From the NCBI GenBank assembly GCA_041670805.1, contig JBAXYM010000002.1:1309-65308 (forward strand): a stretch of DNA of 64,000 nt, given 5' to 3'. Source of the DNA: Patescibacteria group bacterium (GTDB taxonomy: Bacteria; Patescibacteriota; Minisyncoccia; JAHIHE01; JAGLIN01). Positions 38,068-48,118 of this stretch are shown in pieces. The notes beneath the pieces are model-generated. The model was not told the origin of the DNA, made no database searches, and was given only the letters and a program-made list of their open reading frames with translations. A program made the position numbers and the translations under genes. Position 1 is the stretch's first letter, and each line of letters starts with the position of its first letter.

Positions 38068-38967
38068 ATGAATCCAAAAACGGCGATTGTTTACGCAAGC
38101 GCGAAATTCAGAGAAAAAGGCATAACTTCCGCACCACTGGATGCGGAAGTTTTGCTATTGGAAGCGATTAACGGAGGCGAAAAAAACAGAAGCTGGCTGT
38201 ATCTTAATTTCGAAAAATATATTTTATCACGAGAAGAAGAAAAAACATTCAGAAGTTTCATCCGGCGCCGGGAAAGATATGAGCCGGTCGCCTACATCAT
38301 CCGCAAGAAAGAATTCTGTGGCTTCGATTTCTTCGTCGACAAGAATGTTTTAATCCCCCGCCCGGAAACTGAAATCATCGTGAGGGAAGTTTTGGACATT
38401 ATCAAAAATGCCGAGACGCCTCTCACACTGATCGATATCGGCACCGGCTCGGGATGCATTCCTGTCAGCATTCTCAAATCTTCCGACACTGACAAATCGT
38501 CTTCCAAAATAAGGAAAGTCTACGCCAACGATATTTCAGAAAAAGCTCTGGATATCGCAAAGATAAATGCCAAGAAGCACAGGGTATCTTCCCGAATGAC
38601 TTTTTTGAAATGCGATCTGGAAATCGCGCTGGAAAAAATCAAAGATTGCAAGAACTTGATCCTGACTGCCAACCTGCCCTACATCACTCCGGAAGATTAT
38701 GAAAAACTCAATGCGAACGTTAAAAATTTCGAGCCCAAAATCGCCCTGACAACGAAAGACAAAGGTCTCTACCACATTGCGCGACTTATCAAAAAATTCG
38801 GCGCCTTGAGTGCGAATATGAGTTCCTATCACATTTTCCTGGAAGCGGACCCGAAACAGATGAGAGGTATTGAAATTTTTACCAAGACAAATCTTCCAGA
38901 CGCAAACGTGGAAACAATCAAAGATTTGCGAGGCAAAAAAAGAGTGGCAAAGCTTTGGAAAAGATAA
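38068..38967 (+). CDS. prmC: HemK/PrmC-family protein-(glutamine-N5) methyltransferase.
   Basis: SAM-binding motif (LIDIGTGSGCI) and NxPY-type substrate motif (TANLPYI). Confidence 0.65.
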   Translation: MNPKTAIVYASAKFREKGITSAPLDAEVLLLEAINGGEKNRSWLYLNFEKYILSREEEKTFRSFIRRRERYEPVAYIIRKKEFCGFDFFVDKNVLIPRPETEIIVREVLDIIKNAETPLTLIDIGTGSGCIPVSILKSSDTDKSSSKIRKVYANDISEKALDIAKINAKKHRVSSRMTFLKCDLEIALEKIKDCKNLILTANLPYITPEDYEKLNANVKNFEPKIALTTKDKGLYHIARLIKKFGALSANMSSYHIFLEADPKQMRGIEIFTKTNLPDANVETIKDLRGKKRVAKLWKR

Positions 38968-39020
38968 AAGTGCATAAATTATACGATACAAAATTCACAG
39001 ATCATATGCACTTTGCATGT

Positions 39021-39099
39021 GGACCACACCAGAAATGGTGTGAACTGCTGCATAAAAACGTCCTGTCCTGCGTTGTTCACACCATTTCCGGTGTGGTCC
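39021..39099. repeat. Family-A element, copy 12.
   Basis: GGACCACACCAGAAATGGTGTGAA...TTCACACCATTTCCGGTGTGGTCC. Confidence 0.9.
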
Positions 39100-39130
39100 G
39101 CAAACGTCCAACTCCGATTATTTCTGCCCT

Positions 39131-39175
39131 AAAATAAAACCAGCCGCTACGAGAGCGGTTGGTTTTATTTTTGAA
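39131..39175. terminator. Bidirectional rho-independent terminator between the prmC (+) and histone-like (-) genes.
   Basis: AAAACCAGCCGCT-acgag-AGCGGTTGGTTTT with an A-run upstream and a T-run downstream. Confidence 0.6.
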
Positions 39176-39192
39176 AGTTTTGTCCGGAAAAA

Positions 39193-39393
39193 TTACTTTT
39201 TCTTTGCAGCGACTTTCTTTTTTGCAGCCGGTTTCTTAGCAGCAACCTTCTTCACGGTCTTCTTCACGGCTTTCTTGACTGCAGGCTTCTTAGCAGCTAC
39301 CTTTTTCTTCGGAGCGGCTTTCTTTACAACTTTCTTGGCAGCTACTTTCTTCTTCGGAGCAGCTTTCTTGACTGTTGTCTTTTTTGTTACCAT
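39193..39393 (-). CDS. Histone H1-like lysine/alanine-rich DNA-binding protein.
   Basis: 66 aa made of AAKK/KKAA/PKKK repeats (Hc1/AlgP/BpH1-like composition). Confidence 0.55.
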   Translation of the reverse strand: MVTKKTTVKKAAPKKKVAAKKVVKKAAPKKKVAAKKPAVKKAVKKTVKKVAAKKPAAKKKVAAKKK

Positions 39394-39600
39394 TTAAAAC
39401 ACCTCCTTTCTGTCTTTTTATTTCTTTAAGATAAAATTATCTTGAATGTTTTTACAAAAATGCAAAATGAAAATCAAATACAATTTAATTATACAACAAA
39501 AAAAATAACTTACAATATTTTGTCAAGACTTTCCATTATGAAAATATTATTTTTTATTTTTTTAAAAATTTTTGGAAAATATTTTTTGAAAAGAAAGAAT

Positions 39601-39679
39601 GGATCACACCAGAGATGGTGTGAACAACGCAGGCCGGAATATTCTTGTATGGCAGTTCGCATTATTTCTGATGTGATCC
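39601..39679. repeat. Family-A element, copy 13, with right extension to about 39765.
   Basis: Full arms, followed by GAATGCAAAGCTGGATTTCTGATT...GCTATAAAAACATATAT. Confidence 0.9.
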
Positions 39680-39952
39680 GAATGCAAAGCTGGATTTCTG
39701 ATTTCTAATTAATACGAATTTTGGTGTTTGCTATAAAAACATATATTGCGTATGAGTCCAAAGAATATCGAACGCGATCAACTTTAAAAACATATTACCA
39801 AAATAAATTCCGCGCCGCGAAAATGTTTGGTTCTCTCATTTTTGGCTAAAACTTGCCATTTCTTGCCATTATGATAAACTCTAATCAAGAGAAAATACGA
39901 TTTTTTAGATATCTAAAATCATAAATTTTAAAAGGAAAGGAGGTGTTTTAAA

Positions 39953-40618
39953 GTGCCCGAAGAAGAAATCGAGTTATCAGCCTCCGAAGAAAAAGGATGG
40001 CTGGGAAAAATCAAGGACAGTGTTTATCAAAATTGGCAAACCATACTGGTCGCCCTTATCGTCCTGATAGTGGGAATCAGCGCCTACAACTACAACGAAA
40101 AGACAGGAGCCAATCCTGCCGGAAATGTAAATCAAGAGCAGCAAGGAGCAAAGACCGACGCAGCCGCGACGACGGAGAACAAAGAGGAAACCGCCGAAGC
40201 AAAAGATCAGGCAGCGGCCGCAACCGATAATACGGAGCAACAGACTCAAGAGACGGCTACTCAGACCGACAGCAATGTTGCGCAGCAAACTCAAGAAACA
40301 AAAATCGAAGAAACAAAGACAAATACAGTGGAAAGCAACGGCGAGGGTTATAAAGTCGTGGCAGAAAAAGGAGATGGCATCACGCATCTGGCGAGAAAGG
40401 CCCTCGCACAATATCTGTCAGAAAATAACGACAGCGAAATAACCGCTCTTCACAAGATATACATTGAAGACTATTTGCAAAATGGGATAGGAAATCAAGT
40501 AATTGAAATAGGTCATGCTGAAACCATTTCAAAAGCTTCTATTCAAGAAGCGGTTGCCGCTTCGAAAAAGCTTTCTCAAAACTCGCTGGACAATCTAAAA
40601 AAATACTCAGCAGAGTAA
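39953..40618 (+). CDS. Hypothetical membrane-anchored protein with an acidic low-complexity linker and a possible LysM-like C-terminal region.
   Basis: GTG start with a strong SD (AAAGGAGGTG, 7-nt spacer), a single TM (ILVALIVLIVGISAY), a TQET-repeat region and a C-terminal YKVVAEKGDGITHLARKAL. Confidence 0.5.
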   Translation: MPEEEIELSASEEKGWLGKIKDSVYQNWQTILVALIVLIVGISAYNYNEKTGANPAGNVNQEQQGAKTDAAATTENKEETAEAKDQAAAATDNTEQQTQETATQTDSNVAQQTQETKIEETKTNTVESNGEGYKVVAEKGDGITHLARKALAQYLSENNDSEITALHKIYIEDYLQNGIGNQVIEIGHAETISKASIQEAVAASKKLSQNSLDNLKKYSAE

Positions 40619-40667
40619 AAATATACGCTCCGGAATAAAACGCATTTAGATATCAAAACGCATTAAC

Positions 40668-40698
40668 AAAACCCCGATAGATTCGGAGTTTTGTTTTG
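40668..40698 (+). terminator. Rho-independent terminator after the 39953-40618 gene.
   Basis: AAAACCCCGA-tagat-TCGGAGTTTT followed by GTTTTG. Confidence 0.5.
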
Positions 40699-40748
40699 TA
40701 TTCAACTGTGCGGAGTAGCAAATTGTTTTTTTTGCATTTTGGATTCTC

Positions 40749-40826
40749 GGATCACACCAGAGATGGTGTGAATGCCACATAAAAACGTTCTATCCTGCAT
40801 GGTTCACACCATTTCTGGTGTGATCC
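40749..40826. repeat. Family-A element, copy 14.
   Basis: Full arms. Confidence 0.9.
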
Positions 40827-40891
40827 ATACTGCAAAATACAACATATAAAAAATAAAATACGACAAATTTTTTGATAAACCAAAAGAAAAA

Positions 40892-41146
40892 CGGAGTAGC
40901 AGGTGGAGTAGCATGGCTTCAGCCTGCGCCGCTGTCCAATGCAAAAAAGAACAAACGCATATACGTTCGTTCCATCAGCTTGGAACAACCGCGCAGGCTA
41001 AAGCCATGCTACTCCGAGAATTATTCCGTTTTAACATAAACAAAAGACGCGATAAATCGCGTCTCTACAAAGATACGGAAGGTTATTCCCGCATTGGACA
41101 GCAGCGCAGGCTGAAGCCTGCTACTCCGTTTGTCATGCTACTCCAC
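40892..41146. repeat. Family-D element, copy 2 (one full unit plus a partial second unit).
   Basis: GGAGTAGCAGGTGGAGTAGCATGGCTTCAGCCTGCGCC...CGCGCAGGCTAAAGCCATGCTACTCC, then ...GCATTGGACAGCAGCGCAGGCTGAAGCCTGCTACTCC. Confidence 0.85.
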
Positions 41147-41165
41147 ACCCGACTCTCTGTTTTTA

Positions 41166-42533
41166 TCACCCGTTCAATTCTTTCTCATACAAATCCGCAT
41201 AATACATTACCTTGTCCGGATAGAACTTAAATCTCTGCCAGTTGTTGCCTGCAAGATATCTTCCCGCCGCCTCGTACTCGGCGTTATAATTGGCGGAAGA
41301 AACGCCGTTTACCTGCGAGAGTTTGATTGCCATCGCCGCAATCGCATCGGTCAGATTCCAAGGATCAGCCGGAGTGTGTCCGGTCAGCGCCGAAACCTGC
41401 CCGCGGTAAGATATCCAAGTGGTTGGCATCATCTGAGCCGGACCCATCGCCCCTCCCCAGCCGGAATAATTTTTGGGCTTCTTGCTTACCGGCATGGCGT
41501 TGGGATCGTATCCCAACTCCTGCGCGATTGCCTCAAAGATCGGTCGCTGACCGGGATTCATATCCACGGAATAAGTTCCTCCGCCTATATTAGTCCCCAA
41601 TCCGGATTCCACCCGAAGAACACCAAGCAGAAAGGCCGGTCGCACCCCCGTTGCCTCGCCCACATATTTGGCGGCTGAAATCGCATCGTCAAATTGGATA
41701 TTTTGCCCCAAACTCTGCAAGTCCCGCAGCTCCGCCCGAAGAGACGGCAACAAGCTGCGATTTGCGGCGACCAGCGCCCGATATTTTTCTTCTTCGCCGT
41801 TGGTAGCTTCCAAAATCTCGTTTTTCTGCGCTTTCAAATTTTCCAGCGCCGCGTTCTGTTCGTAGCGCATACTTATCAGTCCCTCATAGGTCTGCTGTGT
41901 TTCCTCCAGCTCTTTAGTGCGCTTGTCCAGTACTTCCCTCTCCTGCTTGAGCGCAACAACCGCGCTTAAGACTTTGTCCTGCGCCGCTTCCAGCGCGTTA
42001 ATCTCATTAAAAAAGTCCGAGATGTTTTCCCTGGTTACCAAGATTTCCAGAAAAGAATCGTCCTGATGAGTGTAGAGTTCCTGCAAAAAACTCTTGAGAG
42101 CTTCCCTGTTCTTTTCAATCTTTACCCTGTCTTCCTCAATTTGGTTCTGGGATCCCTCCATTTCTATCTCCGCCTTTTCGATGTTGAGCTTGGTTTCCCG
42201 AATCTCCAGCTGATTTTGCGATATGTTGTCGTCAAAAATCTCAATCTCGTTTTCCAGCGTATTTCCCTCCATACGTTTCGCCTTGCTATCCGCCTGATAT
42301 TTGGCGATATCGTCCTGTATCTTTTTTATTTCCTCAAGCTTTCGATTGACAAGCTCCTGATTTGGAGCCGCCGCGGTCGTCGACGAAGCTGCAATCGATG
42401 CGCCGCCCTCCTCGGCAAAAGATACTACCTTCAGAAAAGGCAACAGAAAAAAACCGAGCAACAGAAAACCGCACAGCCACCCGGCTCTGCGGTTTCTTTT
42501 GTGCACGAAAGATTTTTTATGAACAGAATCCAT
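41166..42533 (-). CDS. Membrane-anchored coiled-coil protein with a C-terminal lytic murein transglycosylase (SLT_2/MltB-like) domain.
   Basis: N-terminal TM, about 230 aa of heptad-rich coiled coil, then VESGLG...GAMGPAQMMPTTW (MltB-family catalytic Glu and GAMGxxQFMPxTW motif). Confidence 0.55.
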   Translation of the reverse strand: MDSVHKKSFVHKRNRRAGWLCGFLLLGFFLLPFLKVVSFAEEGGASIAASSTTAAAPNQELVNRKLEEIKKIQDDIAKYQADSKAKRMEGNTLENEIEIFDDNISQNQLEIRETKLNIEKAEIEMEGSQNQIEEDRVKIEKNREALKSFLQELYTHQDDSFLEILVTRENISDFFNEINALEAAQDKVLSAVVALKQEREVLDKRTKELEETQQTYEGLISMRYEQNAALENLKAQKNEILEATNGEEEKYRALVAANRSLLPSLRAELRDLQSLGQNIQFDDAISAAKYVGEATGVRPAFLLGVLRVESGLGTNIGGGTYSVDMNPGQRPIFEAIAQELGYDPNAMPVSKKPKNYSGWGGAMGPAQMMPTTWISYRGQVSALTGHTPADPWNLTDAIAAMAIKLSQVNGVSSANYNAEYEAAGRYLAGNNWQRFKFYPDKVMYYADLYEKELNG

Positions 42534-42566
42534 ATTTGTTTTCTCTCCTAAAAATTATTCTGATTT

Positions 42567-43241
42567 TTATTTTTTCTCCGCTTTCTTGTCCGCAACCGGA
42601 GCTTCTTTTTCTTCCTTTACGGCGCCTTCCACTTTACCGACGTTCTCTTCCGGCTTTTCTTCCAGATCCTCCATCTCCGCGTCACTGCGTTGAGGAACGA
42701 CACTTACGATCACGTTTTCCTCTTCATCAAGAACCTCGATGGTTCCCGGCAGCGCCAAATCTTTTACCCTGATCATATCGTCAAGCTTCTCAAGCTTGCC
42801 CAAATCGATTTCAACTTCCTGAATAAGATCTTTCGGCAGACATTTGATTTCCAGCACATCCATACCTTTTACCAGCACTCCGCCTTCGTTCTTCACCGCC
42901 GGTGATTCACCGATGAAAGTGATGTCCACATTTACGATCAATTTCTCGCTCATCTTAATCTTGTGAAGATCGAAATGGGTGATTGAGCCGTTAATTGGAT
43001 CTACCTGATAGTCCTTGATGACTACATTTCCGATTTCCTTGTCGCCTATCTTCAAGTCAATCAAAGTGCTTTCTCCCGCCTCGTCCAAAGTATTTAAGAA
43101 TTCTTTCCTGCCTACTTTTACCGAGACGCTCTCGAAACCGTGTCCATAAACCACGCCGGGAATAAAACCTTCCGCCAAAATATTCTTTGCTCTTGTTTCT
43201 TCCGCATTTCTACTTTCCGCGGAGATTACTATCTTGTTCAT
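42567..43241 (-). CDS. rplY: Ribosomal protein L25 / general stress protein Ctc.
   Basis: RNAEETRAKNILAEGFIPGVVYGHG N-terminus and a C-terminal acidic/lysine-rich tail. Confidence 0.85.
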   Translation of the reverse strand: MNKIVISAESRNAEETRAKNILAEGFIPGVVYGHGFESVSVKVGRKEFLNTLDEAGESTLIDLKIGDKEIGNVVIKDYQVDPINGSITHFDLHKIKMSEKLIVNVDITFIGESPAVKNEGGVLVKGMDVLEIKCLPKDLIQEVEIDLGKLEKLDDMIRVKDLALPGTIEVLDEEENVIVSVVPQRSDAEMEDLEEKPEENVGKVEGAVKEEKEAPVADKKAEKK

Positions 43242-43257
43242 AATTATATATTATTTC

Positions 43258-43641
43258 TTAATTATCTTTCAAAAATTTGTACATTTCCAACACGTCGTCG
43301 CAACTGATGATGTTATTGCCGTTTATCTTTCCAAGGTCTTCCTCGGTGATATCCGTAGGAATGCTGATGGAGGTCACGCCCATCGGTCCTGCCATAAGGA
43401 GCATAACTACCGAGCTTTTGCAGCGACTGCAGCTTAAATATATGGACAAAGACCCGTCATTTTTGTTTATGACTTTTATGTCGTCTTTTTTGTAATTTGC
43501 GCTGCACATCGGGCATTTGGTCATTATTTGCAAATTGGGAACGGGATTGGACTTGGATTTTGACATGGCTGTAGAGTTAGGTAAATCAATGTTCTTTTTC
43601 GTTTCCGGCTTGAAAAAGCCATTTTTTGTGTCAGAACACAC
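43258..43641 (-). CDS. Hypothetical small Zn-ribbon protein.
   Basis: CPMC...(24 aa)...CSRC motif. The start may be the internal MSKSKSNP. Confidence 0.4.
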   Translation of the reverse strand: MCSDTKNGFFKPETKKNIDLPNSTAMSKSKSNPVPNLQIMTKCPMCSANYKKDDIKVINKNDGSLSIYLSCSRCKSSVVMLLMAGPMGVTSISIPTDITEEDLGKINGNNIISCDDVLEMYKFLKDN

Positions 43642-43728
43642 AATGACATAATTTATATTATAGCATCAGGAGCTCCCTGTCAAGCAAGAAAATCCGATCG
43701 GGAAACGGGGAAAAACAGAGAGTTGACG

Positions 43729-43860
43729 CGGAGTAGCAGGCTTTAGCCTGCACGATTGTCCAATGCGGAAAACAAACGTATGCGAAAGTTTTTGCGGCTT
43801 GGGACAGCGGCGCAGGCTAAAGCCTGCTACTCCAACCTGCCACTCCGCCATGCCACCTCG
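43729..43860. repeat. Family-D element, copy 3.
   Basis: GGAGTAGCAGGCTTTAGCCTGCACG...GGCGCAGGCTAAAGCCTGCTACTCC. Confidence 0.85.
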
Positions 43861-44002
43861 ACCTGCTGCTTTTATCCTGCGAAATAATATGTATTGACTG
43901 TTTTTATTAGCCATAGTACAATGAAGACTTGCGAATGAGGAGACGGACATTTTAAAATATTTTTATTTTGTCCGCTATGCAAAAGTAGAAATAAAAACAG
44001 AA

Positions 44003-45400
44003 TTACAAAACCGGGAGGGAACGCCCCGTGTTTTTGTTTTGGAGACTTTGCGCATTTAATACCGACGCTCCCTGCTCGCGCAAAAGCCCTCGCGCTATTT
44101 CCCGATCATCCCACGGGATTTTTTTGTCGCCAAAAATCATAAACTGCTCGCACCCTTTGCCGGTAATAACCACCAGGTCGTCCGGTCGCGCCGAATCGAA
44201 AGCTTTGCGCATCGCTTCCTTGCGGTCGCTGATGCGAAAAAGATTTTTATCAAGCGTCTTGTTTTTGATGCCGGACATTACCTGGTCGATGATATCTTCC
44301 ACGTCCTCGCTGTAAGGAACCTCATTGGTCACAATCACAATATCGGCAAATTCCGCCGCCAGCTCTCCGCCGCGCGCGCGATAAGTTTTGTCCCTGTCAC
44401 CGGTGCCGCCCAGTACCGCAATTATCCTGCCTTTGACGCGGGGTCGAAGTACGCCATAAACTTTTTGCAGAGACTCGGGAGAATGGGCATAGTCCACGAC
44501 CACCTCAAAATTTTGCCCTTCGTCTATCTTCTCCAGCCGACCGGGAATATTTCCCACGACTGCCAGATTTTTCACAATGTCCGCCATGGCAACGCCCTCG
44601 ACCCGACACGCCAGAATCGCCCCCAAAGCATTGTAAACGTTGAACTCGCCTATCAGCGGCAAGGCAATCGCACATTTCTCTCCGCCAAACAAGAAGTCAA
44701 AAGACGATCCGAATTCCTCGATTTTAACATTTTCCGCGCGCGCCAAGTTTATGCCGCCGGGTTGCGAAATATTCCAGAGAGTAAAAGCAATCTTCTCAAA
44801 AGCGCCCGGCAAGGTCAGCATCTCGTGCGTATTGGGTTCGTCATAATTGACGATAACGCTCTTTGTCTTTTTTCCCACCAGACCGTAATGGGAACTTTTG
44901 TAATTCTCAAAAGTCTTGTGATAGTCCAGGTGGTCGCTAGTAAGATTGGTAATGACAACCGTCTGAAAATCAATTCCCCAATAACGCGACTGAACCATTC
45001 CGTGCGATGACGCTTCCAAAATCGCATACTCGCAATCCGCCTCCACGGCCTTTTTGAGAAAACTCTGCACGTATGCCGGCGAGGGCGTTGTCAGTTTGAC
45101 ATTATTGAGCCATTTCTTTTCGCCGATTTGAAAATTGGCGGTGGAAAGCATCGCAACCTTGTGGCCGCTGCCCTCGAGAATGCGCGCAATCATATTGGTC
45201 GTGGTGGTTTTGCCCTTGGTGCCGGCAACGGCGATTATTTTCAGCTTCCGCGCCGGAAAACCGTATCTGCAGTTCGCGTAGACAACCCGGACTTTGTGAA
45301 TGAAAAGGATCAAAGAGTAAGGCACGATTTTCCTAAAAATATTTTTGATTTCGTACAGCATAATTTTATTCTTTCCGCTTATCTTTTTTAATAAATGCAT
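44003..45400 (-). CDS. Mur ligase family protein (MurE-like).
   Basis: IAVAGTKGKTTTT P-loop and a C-terminal DYAHSPESL motif (MurE-type DYAHTP). The N-terminal domain is short, so the exact Mur family is uncertain. The start is probably at MLYEI (about 45361), leaving a 4-nt gap to the upstream gene. Confidence 0.6.
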   Translation of the reverse strand: MHLLKKISGKNKIMLYEIKNIFRKIVPYSLILFIHKVRVVYANCRYGFPARKLKIIAVAGTKGKTTTTNMIARILEGSGHKVAMLSTANFQIGEKKWLNNVKLTTPSPAYVQSFLKKAVEADCEYAILEASSHGMVQSRYWGIDFQTVVITNLTSDHLDYHKTFENYKSSHYGLVGKKTKSVIVNYDEPNTHEMLTLPGAFEKIAFTLWNISQPGGINLARAENVKIEEFGSSFDFLFGGEKCAIALPLIGEFNVYNALGAILACRVEGVAMADIVKNLAVVGNIPGRLEKIDEGQNFEVVVDYAHSPESLQKVYGVLRPRVKGRIIAVLGGTGDRDKTYRARGGELAAEFADIVIVTNEVPYSEDVEDIIDQVMSGIKNKTLDKNLFRISDRKEAMRKAFDSARPDDLVVITGKGCEQFMIFGDKKIPWDDREIARGLLREQGASVLNAQSLQNKNTGRSLPVL

Positions 45401-48053
45401 ATTTGATGACTTCTATCATAACCACCGTCAAGAGACCCGCAGCGGCAACGACCCCCCAGTCGCCAAGGCTCAGCGCCTTCGTTTTCAAAATATTCTGAAA
45501 GAACGGAACATAAATCGCAATCAGCTGGAAAGCCAAAGCCAGAACGAGCGCCGCGATGAGATACGGATTGGAAAACGGATTTTGCCTGAATACCGAGCGG
45601 CGCAACGAACGAAGACTGAACACGTAAATCAGGGAGTCGACAGCCAAGAGGGAGAACACGACAGAGCCTGCCCTGCGCAAATCGCCGGTTGCGGCGTTAA
45701 TGTATTCGAAAATCGGGAGCGCGACGATTCCAGACGCTATGCTGATTGCGGCTACAAGCGTTTTCATTTCCGCATTAAGCAGCGGCTCGTTCTTCTTCCG
45801 AGGTTTTTGCCGCATTACACCCTCCTCCTCAGGCTCCTGTGTCAAAGCGATATTCGGCAAGCCGTCGGTAACCAAATTTATCCACAATATCTGAGCCGCG
45901 GTGAGCGGCATCGGCAACCCTGCCAAGAGGCTGCCTCCCACAATTACGACTTCGCTGAAACTATCCGAAATGAGATACAAAATAACTTTCCTGATGTTGT
46001 CGAAAATGGATCTCCCCTGCCGAATTGCCATTATGACAGTCTTGAAATTATCGTCAAGCAGCACGAGGTTGGCGGTCTCTTTGGCGACTTCAGTGCCGCT
46101 GCCAAGCGCGATGCCAATGTCGGCCTTTTTAAGAGCCGGCGCGTCATTCACTCCGTCTCCCGTCATTGCCACCACCTCGCCGCGTGCTTGCCAGGCCTCC
46201 ACGATGCGCAGTTTGTGCCGCGGGGAAACGCGGGCGTAGACTTTTATCTTCGACACTATATTATTGAAATCCCCGGTGCTCATTCGATCCAGCTCGACCC
46301 CTTCGAGAATATTTTCTTTCTCCACTCGCATTCCCAGTTCGTTGGCAATCGCTTTTGCCGTCAGAGAATTGTCCCCCGTAATCATTATCGTCCGGATGCC
46401 GGCCTCTTTGGCCGTATCCAGCATATTTTTGGCTTCCTCCCGAAGAGGATCTTTGAGAGCGATCAGACCCACCAGAACCAGATTATTTACAACGTCTTCC
46501 TCGTTGCTCTCCTTGAAAAGCGGAATTATCCGCTTGTCCGTTTTCTTAAATGCCACGCCCAGCACTCTCAGACCTTCCCGGCTCATATCCTCCTGCTTCT
46601 GCCGCATACGGCGCAGGTCGTCCTCGTTCATCTCCCTTGCTTTCCCTCTGACAAAAATATGCCGAGAGCGATTGATGATTTCTTCCGCGGCGCCTTTGAC
46701 ATAAATGACATATTCTTCGCCTTCTTTGTTGAGCGTCGCCATCAATTTCCGATCCGAGCTGAAAGGAATCTCATTGATCCGCGCCGATTCTTTATTGAGA
46801 CTTTCCGGATCAAACCCCGCACAAAGCCCCGCCCACAGAAAAGCTTTCTCCGTATATTCTCCGTGAATAATCCAATCCTCCAATTTCGCCGCAGGATTTT
46901 CCACCACCGCGTCATTGCAAATCATACCGATTTTGAGCGCAGTTACACGCTCCCTCTCCTCCTCGCTTTCTTCCCGTTTGTTATTCCGGCAATTGTTATT
47001 TATCGTAAAGAAAGAATCCAGCGTGACGATATGGTCAACCTGCATCGTGCCTTTGGTCAAAGTCCCCGTTTTGTCGGTGCAGATAATGCTCACGCTCCCC
47101 AGAGTTTCCGCCGCCACCAGCTTGCGCACCAGCGAGCCGCTTTTGAGTATTCGCTGCATCCCCACTGCCAGAATAATAGTCACCGCTACCAGCACCCCTT
47201 CCGGAATGGCAGCGACCGCCATAGCCACGGCAGTCGTGAAAATGTCCAGAAACGGAACGGAACGGTACAGCCCTATCGCCATCACGATAACCAAAATCAT
47301 AAAAGTAATTTTGCCGAAAGACCGGCTGAATTTTGTAAGCTCAATCTGCAAAGGAGTATCGGCATCCTCGGTCCTGTCCAAAAGATCGGCTATCTGTCCG
47401 AATTTGGTATCAAGAGCAATACCGGTGATAACCGCCAGCCCGCGCCCTTTCACAACGGACGACCCCATATATACCATATTTTTCTTGCTCTCCCCCTCGC
47501 CTTCCTGATCAAGCCCTTTCACAATCTTCTTGACCGGCACCGACTCTCCCGTCAAAACCGCCTCGTCTATTTCCATCTCATAATTTTCCAGCAACCGCCC
47601 ATCGGCCGGCACCCGCCCGCCGGACTTGAGTACGACGATATCCCCCAAAGTGACATCCGCCGTGTCAATTTCTTTTTCAATGCCATCGCGAATGACATAA
47701 GTCTTGTGCGCCACGACGCCGCTGAGTGCCGCAAGCGCCGTTTCCGCTTTGACCTCTTGGATAAATCCCACAACCGTGTTCAGAAAAACCGCAAACAGTA
47801 TTACGCAGACATCGATATAATCGCCGAGCAGGAAAGAAACCAATGCCGCCGCAAACAGCACATACACCATCGGGCTTTTGAACTGCGACAGCGCTATGCC
47901 CCAATAAGTAAACCTTTTCTTCTCGGGCAGCTTGTTTCGCCCGTATTTGACAATCCTCTTCTGCGCCTCTTTTTCCGAAAGCCCGGTTTTGGAAGTCTTA
48001 AGGGTCTTAAGAGTCTCCTGCACGCCCAGACCATGCCAATTCTTACTTTGCAT
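45366..48053 (-). CDS. Cation-transporting P-type ATPase (P2-type, Ca2+/Mg2+-like).
   Basis: CTDKTGTLT phosphorylation site, MITGDN, GDGVNDAPAL, and ten predicted TM segments. Confidence 0.9.
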   Translation of the reverse strand: MQSKNWHGLGVQETLKTLKTSKTGLSEKEAQKRIVKYGRNKLPEKKRFTYWGIALSQFKSPMVYVLFAAALVSFLLGDYIDVCVILFAVFLNTVVGFIQEVKAETALAALSGVVAHKTYVIRDGIEKEIDTADVTLGDIVVLKSGGRVPADGRLLENYEMEIDEAVLTGESVPVKKIVKGLDQEGEGESKKNMVYMGSSVVKGRGLAVITGIALDTKFGQIADLLDRTEDADTPLQIELTKFSRSFGKITFMILVIVMAIGLYRSVPFLDIFTTAVAMAVAAIPEGVLVAVTIILAVGMQRILKSGSLVRKLVAAETLGSVSIICTDKTGTLTKGTMQVDHIVTLDSFFTINNNCRNNKREESEEERERVTALKIGMICNDAVVENPAAKLEDWIIHGEYTEKAFLWAGLCAGFDPESLNKESARINEIPFSSDRKLMATLNKEGEEYVIYVKGAAEEIINRSRHIFVRGKAREMNEDDLRRMRQKQEDMSREGLRVLGVAFKKTDKRIIPLFKESNEEDVVNNLVLVGLIALKDPLREEAKNMLDTAKEAGIRTIMITGDNSLTAKAIANELGMRVEKENILEGVELDRMSTGDFNNIVSKIKVYARVSPRHKLRIVEAWQARGEVVAMTGDGVNDAPALKKADIGIALGSGTEVAKETANLVLLDDNFKTVIMAIRQGRSIFDNIRKVILYLISDSFSEVVIVGGSLLAGLPMPLTAAQILWINLVTDGLPNIALTQEPEEEGVMRQKPRKKNEPLLNAEMKTLVAAISIASGIVALPIFEYINAATGDLRRAGSVVFSLLAVDSLIYVFSLRSLRRSVFRQNPFSNPYLIAALVLALAFQLIAIYVPFFQNILKTKALSLGDWGVVAAAGLLTVVMIEVIKYAFIKKDKRKE

Positions 48054-48118
48054 TTTTATTTTTTAGCTTATGTCTATTCATTATAAGATAAAAAACGATA
48101 ATTGTGAAATGAAAAAAC

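Noticed and set aside
44005-44045. GC hairpin plus T-run (CCGGGAGGGAACGCCCCGTGTTTTTGTTTT) resembling a plus-strand terminator.
   Set aside because: It lies within the 3' end of the minus-strand Mur-ligase ORF with no plus-strand gene upstream, and the stem is only 4-5 bp, so it is probably fortuitous.
45345-48086. A 913-aa plus-strand ORF in the six-frame track.
   Set aside because: It is antisense to the minus-strand P-type ATPase, which carries the CTDKTGTLT, MITGDN and GDGVNDAPAL motifs. The plus-strand product is low-complexity, Arg/His-rich, and has no motif, a typical shadow ORF. The same applies to 25202-26233 (antisense to the T4CP-like gene), 34739-35674 (antisense to atpG), 19402-20181 (antisense to trxB), 14080-14706 (antisense to gap) and 36371-37144 (antisense to atpD).
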